NCBI GenBank assembly: GCA_036630325.1
Contig: CP142727.1
Span: 558,001-622,000 of the forward strand
Length of the DNA: 64,000 bases
Direction: 5' to 3'
Source: Vairimorpha necatrix
Lineage: Eukaryota
Shown here: positions 34,899-45,937 of the stretch, piece after piece
Numbering within the stretch: position 1 is the stretch's first letter
Layout: each line of letters opens with the position of its first letter
Translations under genes and position numbers: made by a program
The notes under the pieces: generated by a model
Told to the model about the DNA's origin: nothing
Database searches by the model: none
The model's input: only the letters and a program-made list of their open reading frames with translations

Positions 34899-37800
34899 TG
34901 TCGTAGCCCATCAAAAACTAGCCAATCATCTTTCGACAAATGTAAGTATTTGATTGGCTACTAAAACTATTTAAAAACATTTCCAAAAGAGGGGATGGAA
35001 AATTATAATAAACAGTTTGACATGGCGACAACTACAAAAAATGCCAATTATTTTTCGGGGGAGCCAAGTGAAGACGTTAGCACTTGGATAAGAGATATCA
35101 TGTTGTTGGGGGAAGTCTCTGAATGGACAGAGCAGGAAATAAAAAAAGCGTTAATTTTCAAAATGAAAGGGAATGCATTATCCTGGGCATCCCAAATTTT
35201 AGTAGGAAAGATAAACTCTATACCTCTCGAAGACTTTGTAAAAATGTTAAAAGTCAGATTTGGTGCAAGCAAGGACGATGATATTAATCTAAGCAGATTC
35301 CTCTCTCTCCCCATACCAGAAACAAGGGAAGATTTTTCCAAAATGCTAACACAAGCGACTATCATCTCGGGAAGAAATTTAATATACCTAAATGCATTGT
35401 GTAAAATGATCATCAATAAATCCCCATCTGTGATTAAGCCACTGTTATTCCAAGCTTCAAAATCCGCCGAAACATGGGAAAACTTCATTCAAATGGCAGA
35501 AGAAATATCTTGGATAGCTTATCCAGATAAAATGTTGTCAAGGGTGGAAGATTACGGAAATAATAAATTAAACGCGTATAGTTATGGCAAAGGGCCAACT
35601 TTAAAAGAAAACTATGGCAAGGGGCCATATAACAACAGAAAATACGGCAAGGGACCGTCTAACGGAGGGAGACAGACAGGAAACTCCTATAAAAACAAAA
35701 AGTATTGTATTGTACATGGAGAAGGATCCCATGTTACTAAAGAATGCAATAAATTGACGAAATTCATCGAGGACGAAAGAAGAAAACATCCTAGCAACCT
35801 TAATATAGTAGAAGAAGAAGCGGAACTAGACAAAAAAATAAATGATGATATTTTTTATTCATTATGCAGAGTTATCAACGACGACAATCCTTTTTTCATA
35901 GAGGGTTATATATTTAATAAAAAGAAGAGCGTTCTATTAGATACTGGTGCTGATGTGTCACTCATTGGTTATCCAGACATCCCGAAACATCTAAATAAAC
36001 ATATCAACACATATTCGGGGATTGTCAAAGGAGCGGGAAATAACACGTTAAAAATAGTTGGACAACTAAAAAATTGCACCATAACAATAAAGAATAAAAC
36101 TATTACATTCTCTCCATTGATAATGCAAGATACGCGGTATATAATCCTAGGATCCGAGGTTATAAAAAGAAATTTGAAATTAGTCACCGAGATATTTACA
36201 GAAATATCTCCAAATGCTAAACAAAAGGTTAATTACTGTAACGATCTAACGAAATCAAAAATAGAGGAAGAATTTAAAGACTTATTCAAGACAGAAATAG
36301 GAGAATTTAATCTATGTACAGCTGGTAAACATAGCATAGAAGTTAATTGCAAAAAAACAATTTGCCAAAGAAATGGTAGGATACCGGTTGCACAAGAGGA
36401 CATAATTGAAAAGGAAATTCAGAAATTACTCAAGCTGGGAATAATCAGAGATAGTAAAAGCCCCTGGTGTAGTAGGATAGTCATGGTTCCGAAACCCGAT
36501 AAAACTTGGAGAATGTGCATAGATTATAGGGGATTAAATTCTATAACAGTCAAGGACTCATACATGTCCCCTAGAATTGACGAAATTTTAGATAGTTGTT
36601 GTAAAGCTTCATTTTTTACAATCTTAGACGCCACAAGTGGATTTCAACAACTCCCCATGGAAGAAAAGGACAAAGAAAAAACAGCCTTTTCATTTAGGGG
36701 TCGTTTATATGAATACAATAGGATGCCGTTTGGACTTTGCAACGCTCCGGCCACATTTCAGCGAGCGATGGACAATATTTTTAGATGTGAAAACAGAAAA
36801 TTTATAATACCCTATCTAGATGATATCATTATTTATTCTAAAACCAAGGACGAAAACGATAAACATTTACAAATAGCGTTAGGAAAAATTAGGGCCGCTG
36901 GGTTATCACTCAATTTAAAAAAATGTAAGTTCTATAAAAATGAAATTAAAATTTTAGGAAACATCATAGGAAACGGATATATAAAAGTTGATCCTGAAAG
37001 AATTAGTCAAATAAACACCTACCCAATACCTACCACTATAAAGGAATTAAGAAGCTTCCTAGGTACTGTTAATTACTGTAGAGACTTTATTAAAAACATA
37101 GCATCCCTTACGGGACCACTATATGATATATTAAAAGGAGAAAAACTAAGTTCCAATAAAAAGATCCACTTAACCGAAGAACAAACAGATTCATTTAATA
37201 AAACGAAATTAGAAATGGGAAAAAGCACAATCAGGACGCAGCCCGATTTTCAGAAGCAATTCATACTTATGACGGATGCTTCGGATTCAGGAATAGGAGC
37301 TGTTTTATTGCAAGAGAACGAAAAAGGCGAAGAAAAAATGATCGCGGCATACAGCAAAAGACTTGATAAATGCCAAAAAAACTATTCAGTAACTGACAAG
37401 GAATTATTGGGCCTAATAAAAGGAATAGGCCACTTTCGCCATTACCTATTAGGGAAAAAATTTATCCTTAGAACTGACCACAAAGCTCTTATCTATCTCA
37501 TGCAAACAAAAGACCCATCTAGCCGACTTTTAAGATGGTCATTGAAACTTGCCGAATACGATTTCAAAATAGAACACGTAAAGGGAGACGATAATATAGC
37601 AGACGGATTTAGTAGATTTTTTCAACAAAAAGAAATAAATAAAGTAAATACACAAGAACTAAGTGTAGAGGACAGAAAGCAAATTCTTATAGAATACCAT
37701 AATATTTCGGGCCATGGTTCTACAAACACCATGAAATTCATGATTTCCCAAAATTACGCGTGGAAAAACATGCATAGAGATATAGAAAAATTTTGTTCAC

Positions 37801-38799
37801 AATGCGCAATATGTCTTATGTCAAGGGGACCAAGAACTAAAACAAAAAATAAGGTAATCATATCAGAAAGACCCAACGAACTCTGGGAAATTGATTTACT
37901 AGGTAAAATGTACGAAAGTACGGGATCGAAATATGTTTTTGTAGCCATTGATCATTACACAAAATGGATAGAGACTAAGATACTAAATAACAAAAGTTCT
38001 AAAGAAATTTATTGCGCTGTGGAAGAGCTAATTATAAGAAAACACGGAATACCAGAAAGGATTTTGACGGATAACGGATTGGAATTTAGCAACCAAGAAG
38101 TATCTTCGTTACAGAAAAAATATAATATAAATTGGGAATTTGGCTCCCCATACCACCATCAGACAACAGGTGCAGTAGAAAGAGTAAACCAAACTCTTAG
38201 AAATGCGCTAAGAAGAATGTCGTTGTTCGGAGAACGAGATTGGAGCCCCTTCTTAAAAAAGGCAACATTAGCTATCAACCTCTCTTTTAATCGAGCCATT
38301 GGAACCTCCCCGTATATTATGAAACATGGACATCAGATGCAAACGGAAGTAGATAAGAAACTTGAAATTATTCCTAAAAGATATTCCAAGCAACACTTGC
38401 TTGAGAAAAGAAATAAAAACTTCATTAAGTACAAAAAAGATATAATCAAAGGGAAAATCGACATTAAAGAAAAACTTGAAGTTGGTGAACTCGTGATGAT
38501 CTATAGGAATCTACCTGGGAAAGATAAATTAAGCTCAAAATGGCTCCCCGGATACAAAATATCAGAAATACTATCGGAAGACGCGTACATGGTGAAGCCA
38601 TTTGACAACAAAGGCGAATTTAGAGTTAATAAAAGCCACATAAAAAGGGGATACATCAAAAACTGAGTGAGGGGGTGTCGTAGCCCATCAAAAACTAGCC
38701 AATCATCTTTCGACAAATGTAAGTATTTGATTGGCTACTAAAACTATTTAAAAACATTTCCAAAAGAGGGGATGGAAAATTATAATAAACAGTTTGACA
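34899..38799 (+). mobile_element. Ty3/gypsy LTR retrotransposon family C, identical 124-bp LTRs
   Basis: LTRs 34899-35022 and 38676-38799 (TGTC...GACA, identical). TSD CGATT. PBS TGGCGACAACT at 35023 (tRNA-Ser-like, G73). PPT GAGTGAGGGGG at 38665-38675. Confidence 0.97.
34995..38666 (+). CDS. Intact Gag-Pol polyprotein (Gag, PR, RT, RNase H, integrase)
   Basis: FSGEPSEDVSTWI Gag, LLDTGAD protease, LDATSGF/YLDD RT, TDAS RNase H, H..GH..CAIC plus TDNGLEF and GAVERVN integrase. Confidence 0.96.
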   Translation: MENYNKQFDMATTTKNANYFSGEPSEDVSTWIRDIMLLGEVSEWTEQEIKKALIFKMKGNALSWASQILVGKINSIPLEDFVKMLKVRFGASKDDDINLSRFLSLPIPETREDFSKMLTQATIISGRNLIYLNALCKMIINKSPSVIKPLLFQASKSAETWENFIQMAEEISWIAYPDKMLSRVEDYGNNKLNAYSYGKGPTLKENYGKGPYNNRKYGKGPSNGGRQTGNSYKNKKYCIVHGEGSHVTKECNKLTKFIEDERRKHPSNLNIVEEEAELDKKINDDIFYSLCRVINDDNPFFIEGYIFNKKKSVLLDTGADVSLIGYPDIPKHLNKHINTYSGIVKGAGNNTLKIVGQLKNCTITIKNKTITFSPLIMQDTRYIILGSEVIKRNLKLVTEIFTEISPNAKQKVNYCNDLTKSKIEEEFKDLFKTEIGEFNLCTAGKHSIEVNCKKTICQRNGRIPVAQEDIIEKEIQKLLKLGIIRDSKSPWCSRIVMVPKPDKTWRMCIDYRGLNSITVKDSYMSPRIDEILDSCCKASFFTILDATSGFQQLPMEEKDKEKTAFSFRGRLYEYNRMPFGLCNAPATFQRAMDNIFRCENRKFIIPYLDDIIIYSKTKDENDKHLQIALGKIRAAGLSLNLKKCKFYKNEIKILGNIIGNGYIKVDPERISQINTYPIPTTIKELRSFLGTVNYCRDFIKNIASLTGPLYDILKGEKLSSNKKIHLTEEQTDSFNKTKLEMGKSTIRTQPDFQKQFILMTDASDSGIGAVLLQENEKGEEKMIAAYSKRLDKCQKNYSVTDKELLGLIKGIGHFRHYLLGKKFILRTDHKALIYLMQTKDPSSRLLRWSLKLAEYDFKIEHVKGDDNIADGFSRFFQQKEINKVNTQELSVEDRKQILIEYHNISGHGSTNTMKFMISQNYAWKNMHRDIEKFCSQCAICLMSRGPRTKTKNKVIISERPNELWEIDLLGKMYESTGSKYVFVAIDHYTKWIETKILNNKSSKEIYCAVEELIIRKHGIPERILTDNGLEFSNQEVSSLQKKYNINWEFGSPYHHQTTGAVERVNQTLRNALRRMSLFGERDWSPFLKKATLAINLSFNRAIGTSPYIMKHGHQMQTEVDKKLEIIPKRYSKQHLLEKRNKNFIKYKKDIIKGKIDIKEKLEVGELVMIYRNLPGKDKLSSKWLPGYKISEILSEDAYMVKPFDNKGEFRVNKSHIKRGYIKN

Positions 38800-39559
38800 C
38801 GATTATTTGTTATTCTTGTAAATAAATTTTGATCTAATAAATAGCTGCAGAGGATATATAGATCTCTATGCAAGAAAATGTTTTTAAATTGTGATAATAC
38901 ACCAAATTATTAAATATTTAGCTATTTATTCAAATATACATTTGGTCTAATATGCTGAGAAGATTTAGAGTCTAGCCCTGCGATCAAAAACATAATACGA
39001 CCAAGATTATGCAGAAATTGAAATAATTTAATTTGATGTAGCGCTCAAGATGGAAAGGTGGCTGCCAAAGAATTGGAATGCATAGACGACAATGAGGAAA
39101 ATTGATAGAATTTTTTTGCAGAAAATATGCAAAGTATCTAAAATCCACGAGAATCAAATTTCCAACAGTTTCGGAATATTACAAATCATTAAAAACTAAA
39201 CCCAAAAACATAATTTTTCAATTTACAAAATCAAATTTTTACTTTATATATGTTAACTTAACATAAATAAAACAAGTTTTTTTTTTTGGGGGGGGGTTTG
39301 TAATTTTCTTCTATTTTCAAAATATTTGCTAAAGTTATAATATCAGCAGGTGTTTACTGCTCTAGCTGTATAAATATTTATTTTTGCAGTCCATCAACCT
39401 GTTGATGTGCGACATGTTCATTATTAACTTTATTTATTTATTATAAAGCATTTTTTGTATGGTGTTTATAGATGCAAACTTATTGATATTGACATATAAT
39501 TTCCAGCAATAGATGTTAATTTCATAAAACACATATTAATTTGAAGGCATGCTTAATGT

Positions 39560-39810
39560 AGCTTATACTTCTAATTGGCAAGGATAGGTTCTCCGTCAGC
39601 GTCTCCTGCTTGTAGGTAGCTTCCGGCTCCATAGTTCTTTCCCATCGGCTTCGCCCCCTCCTCTTCAGGAGTCCAGAGAAATGCTCTATAGCGTCTTCTT
39701 TGGCGTGATCATCTGGATGTACGTTTCTACCTTCTTAGGAATTTCGAGTCTTATAGTATAAGATTTGTGAAACTTGGTCACTATACCATCCCAAGTAATT
39801 ACTTTTCGTA
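39560..39810 (-). mobile_element. 3' fragment of RLE-type (R4/Dong-like) non-LTR retrotransposon, subfamily 2
   Basis: Minus strand reads VITWDGIVTKFHKSY...YIQMITPKKTL*SISLD. Colinear with 47455-47690 and similar at protein level to the 49.2-kb and 58-kb fragments. Confidence 0.7.
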
Positions 39811-39879
39811 AACACAAAATTAAATTTTTTTTAATCAAGTTTTATAATGTATCTGTTTCATAACACTGTATTTATAAAA

Positions 39880-40130
39880 AAATTGGCTTTTGCTTTTACA
39901 AAAATAACAATAAGCCCAACCCCACTTGAAACATGACCTCATTGTGTTTTTAATTTTGCAAATTTAGATTCATGACTTCCACAACGTTTTGGCCCCCAAT
40001 GATCACAACCCTTTTACCAAATAGCCAACATTATAATTTTCCGAACTTTATTTTTCTGGCGTTAAATAATACTTGTAAATCTTTTAGCGTCAGTGTCATT
40101 CCAAAATAAATCTCAACTTGTGCAATGTTA
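39880..40130 (-). pseudogene. Merlin/IS1016-type transposase fragment
   Basis: Minus strand IIGGQNVVEV/ESKFAKLK...GHV across a frameshift resembles the Merlin IGGxxxxVEIDESKFxKRK motif. Confidence 0.55.
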
Positions 40131-40722
40131 TAGTGAACATTTTAGCTAGTAATATTATTCCTTTCCATTGCTCATATTATTTCTTAAATCGTCCTCGATT
40201 CGAGAGCTTTTTCCTATTTGGTGCTGTTTCCTACTTTATATGATGAAACGCGGGGATTTTACTTTTTTAGATGATCTATAATATTATTTGGGGGGTTGTT
40301 TTTTATTTAGAATTATTTATATTGATGTTAAATAATACTATAAGTCAGTTTCAGACATTTTGTTATATTAAAATTGAAAAAAATATTAAATTTTTTTTCA
40401 TGTTTGTAACAAAAAAGTTGTAGCCATATTTTGTCATCTTTGGGATATATTAAGCTAAAGGCGAATTTAGAGGTTTATTGTATCATCACATCTAAGAAAT
40501 TTTTGCTTTCCTCAAATTTTATATGGTCATATAAACAATTGTTTTATACCTACAACAAATAATGATATTTTTAAAGGATTTTGCACATTTTTTGAATTTT
40601 TAGCTTTTTTTGAACCTCAAGACTGGTATTTAAACTTTATTTAAATTTAATTATTATACATTAATGTCACTTTTTGATTGACTAATAATAATAAACATAA
40701 CAATATAATTTTCCTTTTACCC

Positions 40723-41445
40723 ATGGTGTTTGCATTTTACTTAAATATATACCTTTACGAAGGACATTGCATCGACAAATCTGAAGTATTTGTAGTTGAT
40801 GGTATAAAGACTAATGAAGCAGGCAGCTTGATGCATGATAATTCAGTGCAGATTAATTTTGATGATATGCATATATCTGAAATTCCAAAAATGAATATTG
40901 AATATTATCATAAAGTAGTAAAAGATTATTTTTTCAGTATAATTGAATGTCCTGATATAAAAAATAAAATTGAAGACATATTACCAAAGAAGAATAATGA
41001 CAGAAATAAGTTATTTTTGATATTTAAGCATTTTTTATGGCAATATCATATGGGAAAATTAGATAATTTAAAATATTCTGAAGATTGTTCTTTTATACAA
41101 TCATTGGCTTATAACAGTTATAAGATCGTTAATAGATTGGCTATTAATCACATTAATGATTATAATTACATCAAAAAGCAAATATTTATGACTATCGAAT
41201 TAAAATTCGATAAAAATTTAAAAAGTAAAGTTATACAACTATTTAATCCTAAAAAATATTCTACAATTAAAACAATGTTGGATGCACTGAACAATAAAGA
41301 AAATGTATCAAGACGTAAAAGATATGCTCTACCGCGAGTAACAACAACTGTTAACCCCTTCATACCTGATGATGTAAAAATTGTTTACATAGGCAAAGAA
41401 CGTGGAGAATGGAGTGGACCCTCGTATAGTTATAGACAATTTTAA
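40723..41445 (+). CDS. Hypothetical secreted protein with RRKR site before a 40-aa C-terminal peptide
   Basis: CCC-ATG at 40723, hydrophobic N-terminus MVFAFYLNIYLY, 240 aa. AATAAA overlaps the stop codon. Confidence 0.7.
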   Translation: MVFAFYLNIYLYEGHCIDKSEVFVVDGIKTNEAGSLMHDNSVQINFDDMHISEIPKMNIEYYHKVVKDYFFSIIECPDIKNKIEDILPKKNNDRNKLFLIFKHFLWQYHMGKLDNLKYSEDCSFIQSLAYNSYKIVNRLAINHINDYNYIKKQIFMTIELKFDKNLKSKVIQLFNPKKYSTIKTMLDALNNKENVSRRKRYALPRVTTTVNPFIPDDVKIVYIGKERGEWSGPSYSYRQF

Positions 41446-44400
41446 TAAAATTAAATGATTAGTCTGAAGTACTTTCAATTATCTTTGACAAATTACAAAG
41501 CCCTTTATCATAAAACATAAAAAATTACACAAATAATTTTACAGTGCATTTTCAATCTACAATTTATATTTTTAATTATCTATGCAGTATTAAGTTATAA
41601 TGGGTTTAGTACTTTATCAGTTCTTATTTTTCGATTTAAATATATTAAATAAAAAATGATATACATTATATAAAATATTTGAGAACAAAATTTTAGACAG
41701 AAAAATTGCAATAATAATATATACATTCTTGCCAAAAAGGTCATATAGCAAGACTATGAGATCTATAGTACTCGTAATTGTATCTCAAATAAGAAACCCT
41801 TTGTTGCATTCATGTATTTTAATATCTAAGAATAACTAATTTAGTGTTAACGCCCTGAACTTTTCATTGCTCTCTTCAATTATCTTATGCTATTTTAAAT
41901 TTGTTTTGAGGATAAAAAATTTATGATTTTACAATTTAAATTGACGAACTAAATGCAAAATTTTAATATTAAACATGAAGTCTTCTATAAAATATGTGCT
42001 ATCTCAAGCTTATGAGCTTTATAAGAAAAAAAAGGGTTTTGTGAAAGCATTATATTAATCAGTCTTTTTTATTTCTATTCAATTTTACAATTTTTTTTTA
42101 TTTTACTATATATAAAGGAATGTATTTACTATGATAATAACTTATTTTACTATTTATAAATTTTAATAATAAATTATGTAATACCCATTATGGCCTTATA
42201 CAATTAGGTTCCAAAACGTCGACAAAAAATCATCAATTTAATTAATCATTATTTATTCAAAATAATCAAATTTTCTTAAAAAATTATTGTTTTCTGAACT
42301 TGCCATTTGCGAATTAATAGCGCCTTTATATCACAATATTTGTTTTCAATGATTAAATTTTAACGCTATAAGAATAAAAACTTATAAATTAAAAATTCCA
42401 GTATTTGATGCACAAAAGCACTAAAAGCTTCGTTAGAATATAAAATACGACATAAATACTATGATTTTCATATTCAATTACGAATGTTTATATTTACATT
42501 TTTTAAGTAATAGAAGGGGTTCCTTAAATCTACAAAAGTAGTTTTTTGATGTGATTTAATTTACTACAATCAATACGTCGAACCCAAATACATTTATAAT
42601 TTACAACTTTTGAACAATTTACACAATATTTAAAAACACCACATAAAAACTATAATGGTTTATAGCAGTTGTAGTGTCATGTGCTTGAACTAAATCGTTC
42701 TATTAACTTTTTTTATACTTAAAAAATCATATAAGGGCACTTAATACATGCTATACAGATTTTTTTTATTAGTATCATTATAATTTCTTGCTTCATTATT
42801 AATTTTACAATATAAGTTGAAATAAAAACAGATAATAAAAGAATCTTTGCTCAATAGAAATAAGGGGATTCTAACGAATTATTCTTTTTTACATGTATTA
42901 TGTTGAAATAAACATGTCGCAAATCTTCAAATGTTTTACAGACTCGAAGCAAGCTCATTTTAATTTTTTGTTCTTGTACAATAAGATCTTTGCATAAGCT
43001 AAATTATCCTCATCTGGATTATTACGCTTTTACAGGCTGTTAATGTTTGCTATTTAATATTTTCATTAGTAATAAACATAATTACATTCAATACATTTAA
43101 ATAACAATTTTTTACTTTTTCGATATAAACAAGGCACTTTTCGTTTGCGTTATAAAGGTTCTTTTAATTTTTATCATTTCCCATCGGTTAGTTTACTAAT
43201 TAAATCGGCGTCATTTCCCGTTTAATGTTTTGAATGTGTAATATTTCAGAATTGACGATTAATATTGACATGTGCATATTAGTTCTTTGTCCATCTGTAT
43301 TCCATTTGCATAGATTCCAATTATCTCTTAAGATAGACTTCTAATTTTTTGCTTAATAGTTAAAACATAAATCTTTGTTGCAAATTGAAATTCGAAGAAA
43401 TATATTGCAAATGATGCAAAGTAATCATAAAAGTTTAATTGCGAAATTTAAAACAGAGGAAAAAACAAAAATTTCTTTCCTCATTACGAAAACATAACTT
43501 ATAAATATCGATGTTGGTTCTAATACTTTTCTTTGAACTAATAATTTTTTTCAGATGTCGTTTAATAATCACATTTACTATGATTTTATCATAAATACAT
43601 GATAATTAATTCTTCAATCCAATTTCTTATTATATATATTTTTTTTTGTTAAAAGGTTCGAAAAAAATAAAATGTTATGCTGCAACCTCCTTTTTACACG
43701 AAAATTGTCTTATGCATTTAAAATTGACGATTTCCTTAAAAATAGGTTATAAATTGACATTTTGTTCTCTATATTTTATTTAGTAATGTATTTTTTTAAT
43801 TCCATATTTTAGTTTATAAATTAATACATAATTTCTAATAAGAAAACTCGTACGCTATATTTGATAATATTTGTTTGTCGTTTTGATATTTCGACATATA
43901 TTAGGTGTACATGACAAATTGTATTTGGATTTAGCTCCTTTTATTAAAGCTATCAATTTCATGATTGTCTGCCTTATGTAACTTTCGCTATTTTAAGTAA
44001 TTGTCTTCACGTATCCTTTTAAGATATACGTTCTTATTTTTATACCCCTTGGAATGTTTAAGAGTTTTTTCTAGCTATTGATGTGTATTTAAAAAAATTG
44101 CCCATTTTAATGTGTATTTGATACAGTAAGTTTCTAGTGCTTTATTAGACTTTGACTCTTTTTTCGGTATTCATTGCGAATTAAAAAAATATCTATAAAC
44201 AAAAACATATAGCGACAAAGAAAGTATTTCACTCACTAGGACACGACTTTAATGATATAATATATTCGAATAGAATTAATTATCTCTAAAATTTCAATAT
44301 AGGTAGATTTATTATTTATAATCAATGTTTTCAAATAACCTACAAATAATGATTGAAATATCATTTTTAAAAACGTCTTAAGAAATTTTGAAGCAGTATG

Positions 44401-44983
44401 ATAAATATCGAACAATGAAATGTATATTTCTTTCACTAGTCTTAATATCTTAATGAAAATAAGGATGATCTAGAGTATGATTGAAACTCAAACATTAATA
44501 TTTAGACTCAACCCCATTTTAGAAACGAAAAAAAAAGATATTTAAATAATATAATTATCAAAAGTTAAATATTACTTGGTTGGATTTTTTGTGCATCTAG
44601 ATCCTAAAAAAATCATATGTAATATATATAAAACTGGGGAACTAAATAAAATATTTTAACATAATAAACATGATTATTTTGCAGTTTTATATAGTAAATT
44701 AACATTAACTTAAAATAATGTTGAATAGCTAATAAATTGAAATTTATAGATTTTATCTATTTTGGGAATAGATATTGATTTAAATAAAAGTCCATTTTCT
44801 AAACCCAAAACTAGTAAGATTAAGAGCATAAAAACAAATCGGAGTTCATAAAACAAAGATAGCACATGACATTTATATATTGTGCATTAAAGGATATGGT
44901 TTGGAATATAGACACATTTTTACGGGTTATCTGAAAAATCTTGAAATATGGATCAAATGTAAATCGTTAATTAAAATTTTTAT

Positions 44984-45937
44984 TCATAAATACGTTTCAT
45001 TTATATAATTAATTTCTCTATCATTTCCTTTAGCAATAATTTGACAAATGTGAGCACAATATGAGCTCAATTTTTCTTTTTTACTATAGATGTGGATCCA
45101 TTTATTTTTTAATTTTATTAGATCATTTAAAATACTATTTCGTATATAACACTTGTTCGGCATCCTCCTTTCACAATATTCATGAGTTAATGCTAATAAA
45201 AGTGGCATACGAAAAACATCTGTTATTTTACGTATTTTCCAATTGACTTTTGAAAAATTATATAACAAGTGTAAAGAATCATCATTTAGATGTAAATTGT
45301 TATTTTTTGGTTTTATAAAATTAAAAACATCCCTAACAAATTCTAAAACTAAAATTGCCTGTTCATTATCGGGAAAATTTAATTTTAAAATATCATCTTC
45401 AATGTTTTTAGTATAATAAATTATTTTGTTTGTAAAATATAGAAAAAATTTTCCTATGTAGCTTCTATAAAATATAATATTTTTAGTTTCTTCTTTATTA
45501 AATTTAATCTTTGTTTGATAATCAGGGCGTTTCCCAAAATGTATTCGACATTCTTTTTTAATACTATCAAATTTATCCTTCATGTCGTTAAGTTGATCTT
45601 TTAATGTTTTATGACTATTTTTTTTCAACTTTTTCGTTATTTTAATGTTTTCACATAAAGAAGGATTATTTGCATAATATGATCTTTTATATTGTTCAAA
45701 ATCTCCACCGTTTATTAAATATTCAAACAAAATTTCCGTGTTTGGATCGTAATATACATCTGGTGCCATTTCATTATTCCCTTCAGCTAAAATTGTCATA
45801 AAATCATGTTTTGATCCAGTTATTTTAAGATTGTTAATATTTTCTTCTTTTCCTATTTTAAATAAAAGTCGGGTATTGTTTTCAATAGTTTTATTATTAT
45901 TAAAAGAACATTTTAGTACAGTTATAAACAAAAGCAT
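44984..45937 (-). CDS. Lineage-specific ~300-aa putatively secreted multigene-family protein (paralogue 5)
   Basis: CCC-ATG start. ILAEGNNE, DPNTEILFEYLINGGDFEQY, QLNDMKDKFDSIKKEC and ICQIIA. Confidence 0.8.
   Translation of the reverse strand: MLLFITVLKCSFNNNKTIENNTRLLFKIGKEENINNLKITGSKHDFMTILAEGNNEMAPDVYYDPNTEILFEYLINGGDFEQYKRSYYANNPSLCENIKITKKLKKNSHKTLKDQLNDMKDKFDSIKKECRIHFGKRPDYQTKIKFNKEETKNIIFYRSYIGKFFLYFTNKIIYYTKNIEDDILKLNFPDNEQAILVLEFVRDVFNFIKPKNNNLHLNDDSLHLLYNFSKVNWKIRKITDVFRMPLLLALTHEYCERRMPNKCYIRNSILNDLIKLKNKWIHIYSKKEKLSSYCAHICQIIAKGNDREINYINETYL

Noticed and set aside
35048-35488. Antisense ORFs inside gag-pol and host genes (e.g. 35048-35488, 26458-26832, 13911-14237, 1219-1497)
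   Set aside because: Shadow frames of real coding sequence with no recognisable motifs.
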